Translations under genes and position numbers: made by a program
Notes under the pieces: generated by a model
Seen by the model: the letters and a program-made list of their open reading frames with translations, nothing else
What the model was told of the DNA's origin: nothing
Database searches by the model: none
In this document: positions 40,392 through 51,011 of the stretch, one piece after another
How the letters are laid out: each line of letters begins with the position of its first letter
How positions within the stretch are numbered: position 1 is the stretch's first letter
Source of the DNA: a bacterium
GTDB lineage: Bacteria; Zhuqueibacterota; Zhuqueibacteria; Oceanimicrobiales; Oceanimicrobiaceae
Direction: 5' to 3'
DNA: 64,000 bases
Assembly (NCBI GenBank): GCA_046757025.1
Contig: JBHHXN010000005.1
Location: 1-64,000 of the forward strand

Positions 40392-40493
40392 TGTACTTCA
40401 CCCACCGTGCCTAAATAATCTTTACCGCTGTGTATTTAGAATATCTGACTTAGTCCTTTACAGATTTTTCACGATGGGAACGCCTTGCGCTCC

Positions 40494-42950
40494 TCAACAT
40501 TTTGACCAGCCACAGTGGTAGCAGGTCATGCAGCCGGTTTCATGTGTCACCGGTGCACCGCAGTCCGGACAGGTCAATATTTCATATCCGCTCAGGCCTT
40601 GGTCCGGCGTTTTTTTTTGCAGGGTGGACGATTCGTCTTGCTTGGCCGCGGTCGTTTCTACTGACTTTTTAAGCTGGCCTTTGCGAATTAAGTAGCGTTC
40701 GAGCGCCTTGCCGATGGCGTCCGGTGTGGACAAAATTTGTTCGCCGTTTTCCCAGATCGGCGCCGGCCCGGAAATCCCTTTTAACTGACTGATGATTTCT
40801 TTGGGATCGATGGAGGCACGCAGGGCCAGCGAAATCAGCCGGCTGATGGCTTCAGTTTGGGCAGCGGCATTGCCGCCGGCTTTACCGATGTTTGAAAAAA
40901 CTTCGCACAGCCCATCCTCGTCCTCGTTGATAGTCACATAAAGGTTGCCTTCGCCGGTGCGGATGCGTTCGGTGATGCCGGTGGTGATTTTCGATCGTGT
41001 GCGGGGGTGGAACCCGTTTTGATCGACATTTTTCAATTTGGGTTTGTCGGTTTTTAAAATCCCTTCCCGGCTACCTTCACGATACACGGTGATGCCTTTC
41101 AAGCCGGCTTTATAGGCGGTGATATAAATATCCGCCACGGCATTGACGTCGATGTCCTCCGGCAGGTTCACAGTGGAAGACACGCTGCTGTCCACGTATT
41201 TTTGAATGGCGCCCTGCATTTTGACGCGAAAATAGGGATCGATGTCGTGGGCGGTCACCACGTAGTCTGGCAGATTCTCGTCGCTTCCGAACAGCCTTTT
41301 GATCAGGGGATGGTAAACTTTGTATTCGCGGAAGGATTCGCCGTCGTCGTTTTTGACGCGGCGCGTGTAACTGGTGCAGAAAATCGGCTCGATGCCCGAG
41401 CTGGTTTCCGCCACGATGGAACCGGTGCCCACCGGCGGCACGGTCAACAGCGTGCTGTTGCGAATACCGTATTTTTTGATCTTATCTTTGAGATTTTTCG
41501 GCAGCGTCTTGATAAATTTGCTTTTACTGAATTCTTTCCAGTCAAACAATGGAAACGCGCCTTTTTCCGTTGCCAGCTCGATGGAGGTTTCATAGCAGGT
41601 ATCGCGAATGGTTTTCATGATTTTTTCGGTCATTTTCAGCGCTTCTTTGGAGTCGTACTTGATCTTCATGAGCACGAGGGCATCTCCCAGTCCGGTGATG
41701 CCAACCCCAACCCGGCGGTCGGATGCCACAGCCCGGCTGATTTTGCTTGAGGCGTGGTTGTTCATATTGTAATCGATCACGTTGTCCATAAAGCGCGTGG
41801 CGATGCGTGTGTACTCTCGTAATTCATCAAAGTCCAAAACGCCGTTTTCATCGATAAATTTTGCTAAATTGAGATTGCCCAGATTACAAGCCGTGAAAGC
41901 GGCCAGCGGCTGTTCGCCGCACGGATTGGTACTGGAAAGGGGATTCGCATATTCCACGTTGTGGTAATCTTTCATGGTATCCCAGAAGATGATGCCTGGT
42001 TCCGCGGAAGCATGCGCGCTGGCGATGATTTTATCCCACAGTTCTTTCGCCCGTACGGTTTTGTACACTTTCACGGGTTGGTCGGCATTTTGTCCCGGCA
42101 CACACGGCCACTTCAGTTGGAATTCTTTGTCTTGCAGCATGGCGTTCATAAACTCGTGCGTCAGCAAAACACTGATGTTGGCATATTTTACTTTTTGCCG
42201 ATTGGAATCGTTTTTGATGGCGATGAATTTTTCGACGTCGGGATGATCCACGCGAATGGTCAACATCAGTGCGCCGCGCCGGCCGGCCTGGGACACGGTG
42301 TTGGTGCTTTCGCTCAACAGGTTCATAAACGCTGTGGCGCCCGGTGAGTGGTCCACGGTGGCGTTCACAGAGGCGCCGCTGGGACGCAAAATCGACAGGT
42401 CGGTGCCCACACCGCCGCCGGTGCGATAAACCATGGCCGATTCTGTCAAGCAGGTGTAAATTCCTTCCAGGCTGTCTTCCTCGATGGGAATGACGTAACA
42501 GTTGGAAAGAGTGGGCCTTCGTCGGGCGTCATCCCGACCCGCACCGTGTAAAATACGGCCGCCGGGCAAAAATTTGAATTCGTAGAGTATTTCAAAAAAT
42601 TTTTTAAACCAATGGTCCTGGTCTTTTTCTATGGATGAAATAGCCCGGGCCACGCGGTACCAAAGGTGCAGCGGTCCGGTTTCTTTTGGCGCCAGATATT
42701 TGGCTTTCAGTACATCGGAAGCGAGCTGGTTTTCAGGATAGTAGGTTTTTGAATCTGTGGCTCTTTTTAGAGTCTTTTCTTTATATTTACCTTTGAATTC
42801 CTGTTTGATCTTTTTGGCCAGTTCCGCCGCGCTCAAGAAATTAAATTTAGCAGATTCACCTGATTTTTCTACCAGACTGTTGTTATTTCCATTTGAATTC
42901 CCTGGATCGGTATTTAGAGCTTTAATATCAAACTGACTATTCGCATCCAT
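40494..42950 (-). CDS. nrdJ: Class II adenosylcobalamin-dependent ribonucleotide reductase
   Basis: FLPGGRIL, NCYV, GGGVG.D.S.LRP, TNPCGEQ, TSSGIEP, KGITVYR.GSR, TSCPD domain and C-terminal Zn ribbon; no nrdB nearby. Confidence 0.93.
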   Translation of the reverse strand: MDANSQFDIKALNTDPGNSNGNNNSLVEKSGESAKFNFLSAAELAKKIKQEFKGKYKEKTLKRATDSKTYYPENQLASDVLKAKYLAPKETGPLHLWYRVARAISSIEKDQDHWFKKFFEILYEFKFLPGGRILHGAGRDDARRRPTLSNCYVIPIEEDSLEGIYTCLTESAMVYRTGGGVGTDLSILRPSGASVNATVDHSPGATAFMNLLSESTNTVSQAGRRGALMLTIRVDHPDVEKFIAIKNDSNRQKVKYANISVLLTHEFMNAMLQDKEFQLKWPCVPGQNADQPVKVYKTVRAKELWDKIIASAHASAEPGIIFWDTMKDYHNVEYANPLSSTNPCGEQPLAAFTACNLGNLNLAKFIDENGVLDFDELREYTRIATRFMDNVIDYNMNNHASSKISRAVASDRRVGVGITGLGDALVLMKIKYDSKEALKMTEKIMKTIRDTCYETSIELATEKGAFPLFDWKEFSKSKFIKTLPKNLKDKIKKYGIRNSTLLTVPPVGTGSIVAETSSGIEPIFCTSYTRRVKNDDGESFREYKVYHPLIKRLFGSDENLPDYVVTAHDIDPYFRVKMQGAIQKYVDSSVSSTVNLPEDIDVNAVADIYITAYKAGLKGITVYREGSREGILKTDKPKLKNVDQNGFHPRTRSKITTGITERIRTGEGNLYVTINEDEDGLCEVFSNIGKAGGNAAAQTEAISRLISLALRASIDPKEIISQLKGISGPAPIWENGEQILSTPDAIGKALERYLIRKGQLKKSVETTAAKQDESSTLQKKTPDQGLSGYEILTCPDCGAPVTHETGCMTCYHCGWSKC

Positions 42951-43132
42951 CGAGCTCTCCTGTTAAAATATGAATTTATGAAAACGAATGAAATTGGTGA
43001 AAAAAAACGATATGTAAACCGTCGCTACCTCGTAGTCGGAAGGCGAAACGAATCGCAGGAAACATCACTTCAGCTGAGCACCAAATTCACAGTTCTAATT
43101 GTTTGTTGATTTTACCCGAATGAAGTGTTATT

Positions 43133-43161
43133 AATATACAATAAATTGAGTCGGATGTCAA
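43133..43161 (-). promoter_or_regulatory. sigma70-type promoter of nrdJ
   Basis: Minus strand TTGACA-17bp-TATATT. Confidence 0.65.
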
Positions 43162-43168
43162 GAAGAAA

Positions 43169-43215
43169 ATACAAAATATAGTGCTTAATATATTATTTAA
43201 CACAATAAGTAGTGT
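43169..43215. promoter_or_regulatory. Tandem NrdR boxes
   Basis: gcaCtAtATtTtGtat (reverse complement of 43169-43184) and acaCaAtAagTaGtgt (43200-43215) against consensus acaCwAtATaTwGtgt; 31-bp spacing. Confidence 0.8.
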
Positions 43216-43267
43216 ATTGAAAAGTTAAAATGAGGATGGTGACCTGCCTGGGCTTGCTAAAAATATC

Positions 43268-43296
43268 TTGACTTGCAGGCAAAATATAATTATATT
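43268..43296 (+). promoter_or_regulatory. sigma70-type promoter of the rib operon
   Basis: TTGACT-17bp-TATATT. Confidence 0.55.
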
Positions 43297-43371
43297 AATT
43301 TCAATTTAAAATCGCTGGTAAGATTAAAATTTTTTGTTATTTAGATTATTTTTTATTGAGTAGAACGGTTT

Positions 43372-44469
43372 TTGACAGACGAACAGTTAATATCTCGCGC
43401 GGTTAAGTTGGCTGAAAAAGGCCGGGGCGCGGTGAGTCCCAATCCGTTGGTGGGAGCGGTGATCGTCAAAAAAGGTGTGATAATAGGCGAAGGTTTTCAC
43501 AAAGAATTCGGAAAAGAACACGCAGAAGTAGTCGCCCTCAACTCGGTTTCGTGCGATGCAGCGGGTGCGACGCTGTACGTGAATCTGGAGCCGTGCAGCC
43601 ACCAGGGTAAACAGCCGCCCTGCACCGAGCGAATAGTCGCTGCCGGAATCAAGAAGGTGGTCATCGGCATGCCCGATCCCAATGAACTGGTAAACGGAAA
43701 AGGAATTGCTTTCCTTAAAAAACAGGGGGTTGCCGTGGTTTCAGGCGTCAACCAGAGCGTGTGTGAAAAATTGAATGAAGGGTACACAAAATTCGTCTCC
43801 ACCGGATTCCCTTTGACCACTTTGAAAATAGCGCAAACTCTGGACGGTAAAATTGCGGCCAGTAATGGTCGTTCGAAATGGATTACGGCGGAGCCGGCCA
43901 GGCGCTACGTCCACAAACTGCGAAGCCGGCATGACGCGATTTTGGTGGGTGTGGGCACGGTACTCGCGGACGATCCCCGGCTCACCGTACGGCACGCACC
44001 CGGCGTTAATCCCGTACGCATCGTCGTGGATAGCCAATTGAGTATTCCACTGGATTCGAAATTGTTGCGTGACACGCGTATCGCCAGGACCGTTATCGCC
44101 AGCACGACGTTTGCCTCGCCGGAAAAAGCGAAACGAATTGCGGACACGGGGGCTTCGGTCTGGCGAGTGAATGCGAACTCTGAAAAGCGCGTGGATTTAA
44201 CCTCGCTGTGGACAAAGCTCGGTCAGGAAGGCATCACCTCGGTTTTTGTGGAAGGAGGGAGTGAAATTTTCACTTCGATGCTGAAATCCAATTTAGCGGA
44301 CCGGATACACTTTTTTGTGGCGCCGAAAATTTTAGGTGACGGATTGAATCCCTTCGGCCATTTAGGCATTGAAAACCTGGATTACAGTCTGGCTCTGACC
44401 ACTCTGCAAACCCGGCATCTGGGGCAAGATATTTTAATCACTGCAGATATTTTAACAACCTCAAATTGA
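43372..44469 (+). CDS. ribD: Riboflavin biosynthesis deaminase/reductase
   Basis: PNPLVGAV, HAE, LEPCSH...PPC, TLDGKIA, DDPRLTVR, VEGG. Confidence 0.96.
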   Translation: MTDEQLISRAVKLAEKGRGAVSPNPLVGAVIVKKGVIIGEGFHKEFGKEHAEVVALNSVSCDAAGATLYVNLEPCSHQGKQPPCTERIVAAGIKKVVIGMPDPNELVNGKGIAFLKKQGVAVVSGVNQSVCEKLNEGYTKFVSTGFPLTTLKIAQTLDGKIAASNGRSKWITAEPARRYVHKLRSRHDAILVGVGTVLADDPRLTVRHAPGVNPVRIVVDSQLSIPLDSKLLRDTRIARTVIASTTFASPEKAKRIADTGASVWRVNANSEKRVDLTSLWTKLGQEGITSVFVEGGSEIFTSMLKSNLADRIHFFVAPKILGDGLNPFGHLGIENLDYSLALTTLQTRHLGQDILITADILTTSN

Positions 44470-44473
44470 AACT

Positions 44474-45112
44474 ATGTTTACTGGCTTAATTGAAGAAATC
44501 GGCTTGGTCAAAGCGGTTCAAAGGGGAGCAAATGGGGTCCTGTTGGCGATAAACGCACAGGAAGTAGTACGTGATCTGACTGTGGATGCCAGCATCGCTG
44601 TCAACGGCGTCTGTCTGACGGTCATCGAGTACGCAGAAACCGAATTCAAAGTGCAAGCGGTGGAGGAGACTCTGAGCAAAACCACGGTGGGCACTTTAAA
44701 GGCCGGCTGTCGGATCAATTTAGAAAGGGCTTTGCGTTTCTCGGACCGGCTGGGCGGCCATTTGGTCCAGGGGCACGTGGATGGAGTAGGCAAAGTGGCC
44801 CAGGTTCAGGCGCAGAACGGCGGAAGCCTGCTGACCATCGCCATGCCAGAAAACCTGATGAAATATGTGATCAAGGCGGGCTCTATTGCCATCGATGGCG
44901 TCAGTTTGACCATCGCCCGAAAACAAGATGCCCTGATCTCCATCGCACTCATCCCGCATACACTGGCCAACACCACTTTATCTGATTTGAAGCCAGGCGA
45001 CGCGGTGAACATCGAAGTCGATCTCATCGGAAAGTATGTTGAAAATTTGCTTTCAGACTCCGGCAAAAGCGAAATTACGGAACAATGGCTGCAACAAATG
45101 GGATATGAATAA
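44474..45112 (+). CDS. ribE: Riboflavin synthase (alpha chain)
   Basis: MFTGLIEE, SIAVNGVCLTV, GGHLVQGHVDG. Confidence 0.96.
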   Translation: MFTGLIEEIGLVKAVQRGANGVLLAINAQEVVRDLTVDASIAVNGVCLTVIEYAETEFKVQAVEETLSKTTVGTLKAGCRINLERALRFSDRLGGHLVQGHVDGVGKVAQVQAQNGGSLLTIAMPENLMKYVIKAGSIAIDGVSLTIARKQDALISIALIPHTLANTTLSDLKPGDAVNIEVDLIGKYVENLLSDSGKSEITEQWLQQMGYE

Positions 45113-45137
45113 TCATTAAAGGAATCGATGAATCGCA

Positions 45138-46370
45138 ATGTATGATAAAATAGAAGACGCCATAGAGGATTACCGTCAGGGGAAAATACTGATCGTGGTG
45201 GATGACGAGGAACGGGAGAACGAAGGCGATTTCATTATGGCAGCAGAAAAAGTCACACCAGAAAAAATCAATTTCATGGCTAAATATGGCCGGGGTTTGA
45301 TATGCGTTCCCATGACGGGCGAACGTCTGGATGAGCTGGACCTGCATCCCATGGTTAGTGAAAATACGGAGAAATTGCAAACTTACTTCACGGTTTCGGT
45401 GGATGCGAAAAAAAACACCACCACGGGTATTTCGGCCTTTGACCGTTGCGAAACCGTCAGAACGCTCATTGCTCCCAACACCCGTGCGCAGGATCTGGCG
45501 CGGCCGGGGCACATCTTTCCTTTACGCGCACGCAAGGGCGGGGTGCTGGTACGCACCGGCCACACCGAAGCCGCCGTGGATTTTGCGAAATTAGCCGGCT
45601 TGTATCCAGCGGGTGTTTTGTGCGAAATCATGGATGACGACGGCCGCATGGCGCGTAGTGATAAATTGCGGGAAATTGCTGACCGGTTTGAACTCAAGAT
45701 CATTACCATACGCGACTTGATCGAATTTCGGCGCAAAAATGAAATTCTGATCAAGAGAGAAGTCACCACTCATTTTCCCACTAAAAACGGGGAGTTTAAG
45801 CTGCATCTCTACAGCAGCAAATACGACGATCAACTTCATGTAGCCGTGGTTAAAGGAGATGTCAGCGATGGCGAACCCACTCTGGTGCGGGTGCATTCAC
45901 AATGTCTCACCGGCGATATTTTTGGTTCTCTGCGTTGCGATTGCGGTGATCAGCTCAAACAAGCTCTGCGTATGATCGAAAAAGAAGGCAAAGGGGTGGT
46001 GCTCTACATGCGCCAGGAAGGCCGGGGCATCGGGCTTGAAAATAAGATCAAAGCTTATGAATTACAGGACCGCGGCAAAGACACGGTGGAAGCCAATGAA
46101 GCGCTGGGTTTCAAAGCCGATTTGCGGCACTATGGCATCGGAGCTCAGATTTTGCACGATCTGGGAATTCGTAAGATTCGCCTGCTGACCAATAATCCCA
46201 AAAAGATTGTCGGCATCACCGGCTATGGCCTGGAAGTAGTCGAAAGGGTTAAAATTGAAGTCCAACCAAATAAAGCCAATGTTAAATATCTCGAAACCAA
46301 ACGGGACAAGTTAGGTCACCTGCTGAGTTTCGTGGACTGTGAACCAAACCAAGAGAACGAAGAAAAATGA
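45138..46370 (+). CDS. ribBA: DHBP synthase / GTP cyclohydrolase II
   Basis: [48 protein letters not shown]. Confidence 0.97.
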   Translation: MYDKIEDAIEDYRQGKILIVVDDEERENEGDFIMAAEKVTPEKINFMAKYGRGLICVPMTGERLDELDLHPMVSENTEKLQTYFTVSVDAKKNTTTGISAFDRCETVRTLIAPNTRAQDLARPGHIFPLRARKGGVLVRTGHTEAAVDFAKLAGLYPAGVLCEIMDDDGRMARSDKLREIADRFELKIITIRDLIEFRRKNEILIKREVTTHFPTKNGEFKLHLYSSKYDDQLHVAVVKGDVSDGEPTLVRVHSQCLTGDIFGSLRCDCGDQLKQALRMIEKEGKGVVLYMRQEGRGIGLENKIKAYELQDRGKDTVEANEALGFKADLRHYGIGAQILHDLGIRKIRLLTNNPKKIVGITGYGLEVVERVKIEVQPNKANVKYLETKRDKLGHLLSFVDCEPNQENEEK

Positions 46371-46852
46371 GCAAAACGATTGCAGGGCAATTAACTGCTA
46401 AAGACAAGAAGTTTGGAATCGTAGTGGCCCGTTTTAACAATTTTATTTCAAAGCAGCTTTTGGACGGGGCCATGGATTGTTTGCTGCGGCACGGCGCTTC
46501 GGAAGATGATATCGAAATCGTTTGGGTGCCCGGTTCATTTGAGCTGCCCCTGGCCGCCCAAAAATTAGCAAACTCAAAAAAGTACCATTGTGTGATTTGT
46601 TTGGGCGCCATCATCCGAGGTCAAACCCCGCATTTTGATTATATCGCGGCCGAAGCCACTAAAGGCATTGCACAGGTCGCCCTATCTTCGGGAATCCCAA
46701 CGGCCTACGGGCTTATCACTTCAGATTCGCTGGAGCAAGCCATAGAACGAGCCGGTACCAAAGCGGGAAACAAAGGCTGGGATGCGGCGCTGTCGGGATT
46801 GGAGATGGCAGATTTATTTGAGCAACTGGACGGCCAACAATTATCAAAGTAG
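46367..46852 (+). CDS. ribH: 6,7-dimethyl-8-ribityllumazine synthase
   Basis: [32 protein letters not shown]. Confidence 0.97.
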   Translation: MSKTIAGQLTAKDKKFGIVVARFNNFISKQLLDGAMDCLLRHGASEDDIEIVWVPGSFELPLAAQKLANSKKYHCVICLGAIIRGQTPHFDYIAAEATKGIAQVALSSGIPTAYGLITSDSLEQAIERAGTKAGNKGWDAALSGLEMADLFEQLDGQQLSK

Positions 46853-46868
46853 CCAGGTACCATATTAG

Positions 46869-49112
46869 ATGTTTTCATTTCATAAACTTAGATTGATTTT
46901 ATTTTTCGGATTGATTTTTTTACATATATTTTGGGAGTCTGCTAACAGCCAGGATCTGGAATGGCAGAGCTTTACCAGCGTCGGCGTGATTCAGGATATC
47001 GATGTAAAAAACGGCGTGGTGTGGAGCGGATCCAACGGCGGCGCGCTGCAAATGGACATCAGCCGTGGTGAGTTTACCAAATTCACCAACACAGAAGGTC
47101 TTTCTGGAAACGAAATCGTGGCGGTGGAAATCGATGATCAAGCGACGGTCTGGTTTGCTTTGGCTGATGGCGTTTTGAATCGCTATTTCCCGGAGACCGA
47201 TAGCTGGCACGTCATCAATGAGTACCCCAACGAGGTCATCACGGATCTGGTTTCGGTGGGCGATTCGCTCTACGTCGGGTTGGATACGGGTGTGAGTTTA
47301 TTCATCATTTCGAAAAATGAAGTGAAAGAAACCTATTTGAATTTCGGTTTTTCCAGGGGCAAAATTGTCGAAAAAGTGCGCGCCAATTCGGTTTTTATCA
47401 GCTCGCGGGATATCTGGGTTGCCACGGACCGGGGCCTGGCACAAGCCTCGCTATCAAAAACGAATTTACAAGCGCCGGACAACTGGACCAAGCACACCAC
47501 CCAGAATGGTTTGTTAACCAATATAGTACACGAAGTAGTGGTTCGGGACACCATCCCGTTTGCAGCCACCAATGTGGGGGTCATGCAATTCGTGGAGGGT
47601 CGATGGCAGAAGGTTGGCACGCTGAATGCAAATGTGCTGTCCATCGACGTGGCACAGCCAAATTCGTTGTTCAGCCAGGCAACCATCGTGATATTAACTT
47701 CAACGGGCGTCTTTTACCTGGACGCTTCCGGGCAATGGCTGCGACTGGGCGCCAGCTTAAACGACATTTCGGCGTTTAAAGCCGACGATCTTGGCAATGT
47801 TTGGATAGGCCGAAAGGATAAAGGGTTGGCAAAAATCAATTTTGAGTTTAACCCTCCAGACTGGCAGTTGTTCGAAACCAACAGTCCCGCAAGCAATAAT
47901 TTTAAAGGTCTAGCACTGGATGCTAAAAATCGGCTGTGGTGCGCTTCACAGGGCGGCGGCATTCACATGTGGGATGGCCAGAATTGGCGCAACTGGTCGC
48001 GCAATGACGACCTGAAAAGCGATGATCAAAGAACGGTTCTAGTGGACAGTAGTGGACGGATTTGGTTTGGAAGCTGGGGCGGAGGCATCACCATTTTCGA
48101 GGAAGCCTCAGATAACTTCACCATTTCTAAAATCGACACCACCGACGGTATTTTGGCGGGGTCCGACACGCCGGCGTTTGTGCTCATAACGAATCTAATT
48201 GCCGACCGGCATGGCAACATCTGGATTGTCAACCGACAGGCAAACAACGCACGGGTACTGGCCGTGAACACACCCGATAACCGGTATCAATATTTTTCAT
48301 CCACTTTTCAGGAAATCGGCACCCCTTTTATCATGACAATGGAAATTGATAACGCCGATCGCGTCTGGATCGGCACCGAAGACCGCGGCATCAAAGTGAT
48401 CGATTACGGCAGCACCCTGTTTGATAAAAACGACGATGATTACTCGCAGGGGTTAAATACCAGCGAAGGTCTTTTTTCAAACAAAATCACCGCTTTGAAA
48501 GAGGACCGAGACGGCGTCATGTGGATCGGCTCGGAAGAGGGCGTCAACAAATGGTTTCAGGGTATGGTCAGAAATGAGTTCGGTTTGATCAATGATTTTG
48601 TCAACACCATCGGAGTGGATGCCAGAAACAATAAATGGTTTGGCACAGCAAACGGCGTGAGTGTGCTCAGCAACGACGGTGTTTCCTGGACGCACTACAC
48701 CACCGGCAACAGCCCCCTGGTGAGCGGCAACGTGCTTTCGTTTGCTTTTAACTTTGAAAGCGGCGAAGTCTGGATCGGGACCAGCAACGGTCTGTCGCGT
48801 TTAAAAACCCCTTTTACCGCATCGAAGCAGAACCTGAGTTTGCTGTCAGGTTATCCAAACCCTTTTGTCATCGATCGCACGAACAAAGTTTTTACCATCA
48901 CCAATCTGGCCGAAAACACCAAAGTTGTTATTTACAACGCAACGGGTTCCATTGTCAAAACATTCAAGCCGGAAGAAATTCCAGGGGCCCGGGTCGAGTG
49001 GGATGGCAAGAACGAAAAAAATCAGTTTGTCGCCAGCGGGATTTATGTTTATCTGGCTTTTACCGACACCGGCGTGTCTGCTGCCGGGAAAGTGGCGGTC
49101 ATCCGAAAGTGA
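46869..49112 (+). CDS. PorZ-like beta-propeller protein with T9SS-like C-terminal domain
   Basis: Repeated D..G..W.G propeller motifs, VDARNNKWFGT, C-terminal YPNPF..WDG..VASGIY..GKVAVIR. Confidence 0.75.
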   Translation: MFSFHKLRLILFFGLIFLHIFWESANSQDLEWQSFTSVGVIQDIDVKNGVVWSGSNGGALQMDISRGEFTKFTNTEGLSGNEIVAVEIDDQATVWFALADGVLNRYFPETDSWHVINEYPNEVITDLVSVGDSLYVGLDTGVSLFIISKNEVKETYLNFGFSRGKIVEKVRANSVFISSRDIWVATDRGLAQASLSKTNLQAPDNWTKHTTQNGLLTNIVHEVVVRDTIPFAATNVGVMQFVEGRWQKVGTLNANVLSIDVAQPNSLFSQATIVILTSTGVFYLDASGQWLRLGASLNDISAFKADDLGNVWIGRKDKGLAKINFEFNPPDWQLFETNSPASNNFKGLALDAKNRLWCASQGGGIHMWDGQNWRNWSRNDDLKSDDQRTVLVDSSGRIWFGSWGGGITIFEEASDNFTISKIDTTDGILAGSDTPAFVLITNLIADRHGNIWIVNRQANNARVLAVNTPDNRYQYFSSTFQEIGTPFIMTMEIDNADRVWIGTEDRGIKVIDYGSTLFDKNDDDYSQGLNTSEGLFSNKITALKEDRDGVMWIGSEEGVNKWFQGMVRNEFGLINDFVNTIGVDARNNKWFGTANGVSVLSNDGVSWTHYTTGNSPLVSGNVLSFAFNFESGEVWIGTSNGLSRLKTPFTASKQNLSLLSGYPNPFVIDRTNKVFTITNLAENTKVVIYNATGSIVKTFKPEEIPGARVEWDGKNEKNQFVASGIYVYLAFTDTGVSAAGKVAVIRK

Positions 49113-49207
49113 TGAGCTTGGTAACCATCGCTGTATAATTTTCATATACTGTTCAAAAATCGACCGATTTTTCAATTGAATTAAAAGGAATTAGATCAGA
49201 ATTAGTC

Positions 49208-50923
49208 ATGTTGAAATCGCTGACCATAAAAAATTATGCGCTTTTAGCTGATGTCGAAATTCACTTCGGGGAAGGGCTAAATATCCTCACCGGCGAGACC
49301 GGCGCTGGCAAGTCGATCCTCATCGGCGCGCTCGCTACCATTTTGGGCGATCGCGTGGATACCACGGTTCTGAGAGAAGGCTGTTCAAAGGCCGTAATTG
49401 AAGGCCTATTCGCACTCCAAGACAATGGTGGTCTCAGCGACTATTTAAAAGCACAAGACTTAGCTACCGATGATCAGGTTCTGATTCTGCGTCGTGAGAT
49501 TTATGACAACGGTCGTTCCCGCGCCTTTGTCAACGACTCACCGGTACAACTGAGCATTTTGCAAGCGGTTGGCGATTTTTTGGTGGATTTGCACGGCCAG
49601 CATGAACATCAATCGCTGCTGAAAACGCCAAATCATCTGCGGTTCATCGATAGTCTGGGAGATTATCAAGCTGATTTGGACGCCGTTTCCGTACAGTTCC
49701 ATCAAATTCAGAAATTTAAAAAACACCTGAGCGAGCTTGAAAGTCAACAAAAAATCGTCAATGAAAAAAAAGATTTAATTCTTTTTCAACTTGCTGAAAT
49801 TAATAAAATTAACCCGTCTAAGGATGAAGAAGAAGAGCTTTTAAAAGAAGAGAAGATCGTTAAAAACGGTGAAAAGCTATTTAAGCTCACCAATGAATTT
49901 TACCAGATTTTGTATGAAGGAGAACATTCTGTATTTGACAAATTGAGTGCTGTCGAACATGGCCTTGATGAGCTGAGAAGTATCGATGAGCAATTTGACC
50001 AGCATAAAAACGACTGCGCAAACGCCCGGTTAGCGGTTGAAGAAATCTCAAAAGCTTTTCAAAATTATCAGTCGAAAATTGTTTTCGATCCGGACCGACT
50101 GGAGCAAATTCAAAGCCGCATCGCGGAGCTTTCGGGCTTGAAAAAGAAATACGGTCGTTCCATATCGGAAATATTGAAATTACGTGATAATTTACAAAAG
50201 GAAATTCAGGATTTAGAAAATCTGGACAGCCAGATTAGTGCCTTTGAAGAAGAGCTGGATGTTCAAAAAAAGCGCTTTTCACAACAGTGCGTGAGTTTGA
50301 GCGAAAAACGGAAACAGGTTTGTCAACAGTTGGAAAGCGTCGTACCCGAAATTTTGAGCTATCTGGGAATGTATCATGTTCGTTTCAAAACGAATCTAAA
50401 GTATCAAAATGATCCAAAAGGTGAGGTGTTCCATCAAGGTCAAACCTACCTGGCTAAGGCAACTGGCATAGACTTTGCAGAGTTTTTAATATCTGTAAAT
50501 GAGGGTGAGGATTTGAAGCCGTTAGTGAAAGTCGCATCCGGCGGCGAAATCTCCCGAATCATGTTAACTTTAAAATCTGTTGCAGCCAGGAAAGGTCTCA
50601 TACCGGTTTTGGTTTTTGATGAGATTGATATTGGTGTTTCAGGTCGCATTGCGCAAGCGGTAGGTCGAAAATTGAAAGACATTTCCGAAATTCATCAGGT
50701 AATTTGCATTACCCATCTGCCGCAAATAGCGAGCATGGCCGGCCACCACTACTCAGTTAATAAAATTGTAAAGGAAGGCAGAACCGAGACCACCATAAAA
50801 AAACTATCGGATCCGGAACGAACGGAGGCCATTGCAAGATTGCTCGCGGGTGAAAAAGTGTCTGAAACCCATTTAAACAGCGCACGTGAATTGTTACATG
50901 ATGCAGCAGTGAATTCAAATTGA
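49208..50923 (+). CDS. recN: DNA repair protein RecN
   Basis: LTGETGAGKS, LHGQHEHQ, ASGGEISRIML, FDEID.GVSG, CITHLPQIA. Confidence 0.97.
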   Translation: MLKSLTIKNYALLADVEIHFGEGLNILTGETGAGKSILIGALATILGDRVDTTVLREGCSKAVIEGLFALQDNGGLSDYLKAQDLATDDQVLILRREIYDNGRSRAFVNDSPVQLSILQAVGDFLVDLHGQHEHQSLLKTPNHLRFIDSLGDYQADLDAVSVQFHQIQKFKKHLSELESQQKIVNEKKDLILFQLAEINKINPSKDEEEELLKEEKIVKNGEKLFKLTNEFYQILYEGEHSVFDKLSAVEHGLDELRSIDEQFDQHKNDCANARLAVEEISKAFQNYQSKIVFDPDRLEQIQSRIAELSGLKKKYGRSISEILKLRDNLQKEIQDLENLDSQISAFEEELDVQKKRFSQQCVSLSEKRKQVCQQLESVVPEILSYLGMYHVRFKTNLKYQNDPKGEVFHQGQTYLAKATGIDFAEFLISVNEGEDLKPLVKVASGGEISRIMLTLKSVAARKGLIPVLVFDEIDIGVSGRIAQAVGRKLKDISEIHQVICITHLPQIASMAGHHYSVNKIVKEGRTETTIKKLSDPERTEAIARLLAGEKVSETHLNSARELLHDAAVNSN

Positions 50924-51011
50924 AATATTCATTTCAAACCATGTTTGAAAATTAAACAGAGCTTTTTTTTCGTATAAGTTGGTATTCGTGACAACTTAAG
51001 GAGTAACCATC

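Noticed and set aside
39619..40418. Alternative ORFs overlapping the cassette gene
   Set aside because: Off-frame or antisense to the 276-aa ORF, without motif support.
42951..43130. Cobalamin riboswitch in the long nrdJ leader
   Set aside because: No B12-box or conserved core recognisable by eye; an Rfam scan would be decisive.
43297..43371. FMN riboswitch before ribD
   Set aside because: Leader is short and AT-rich, without RFN motifs.
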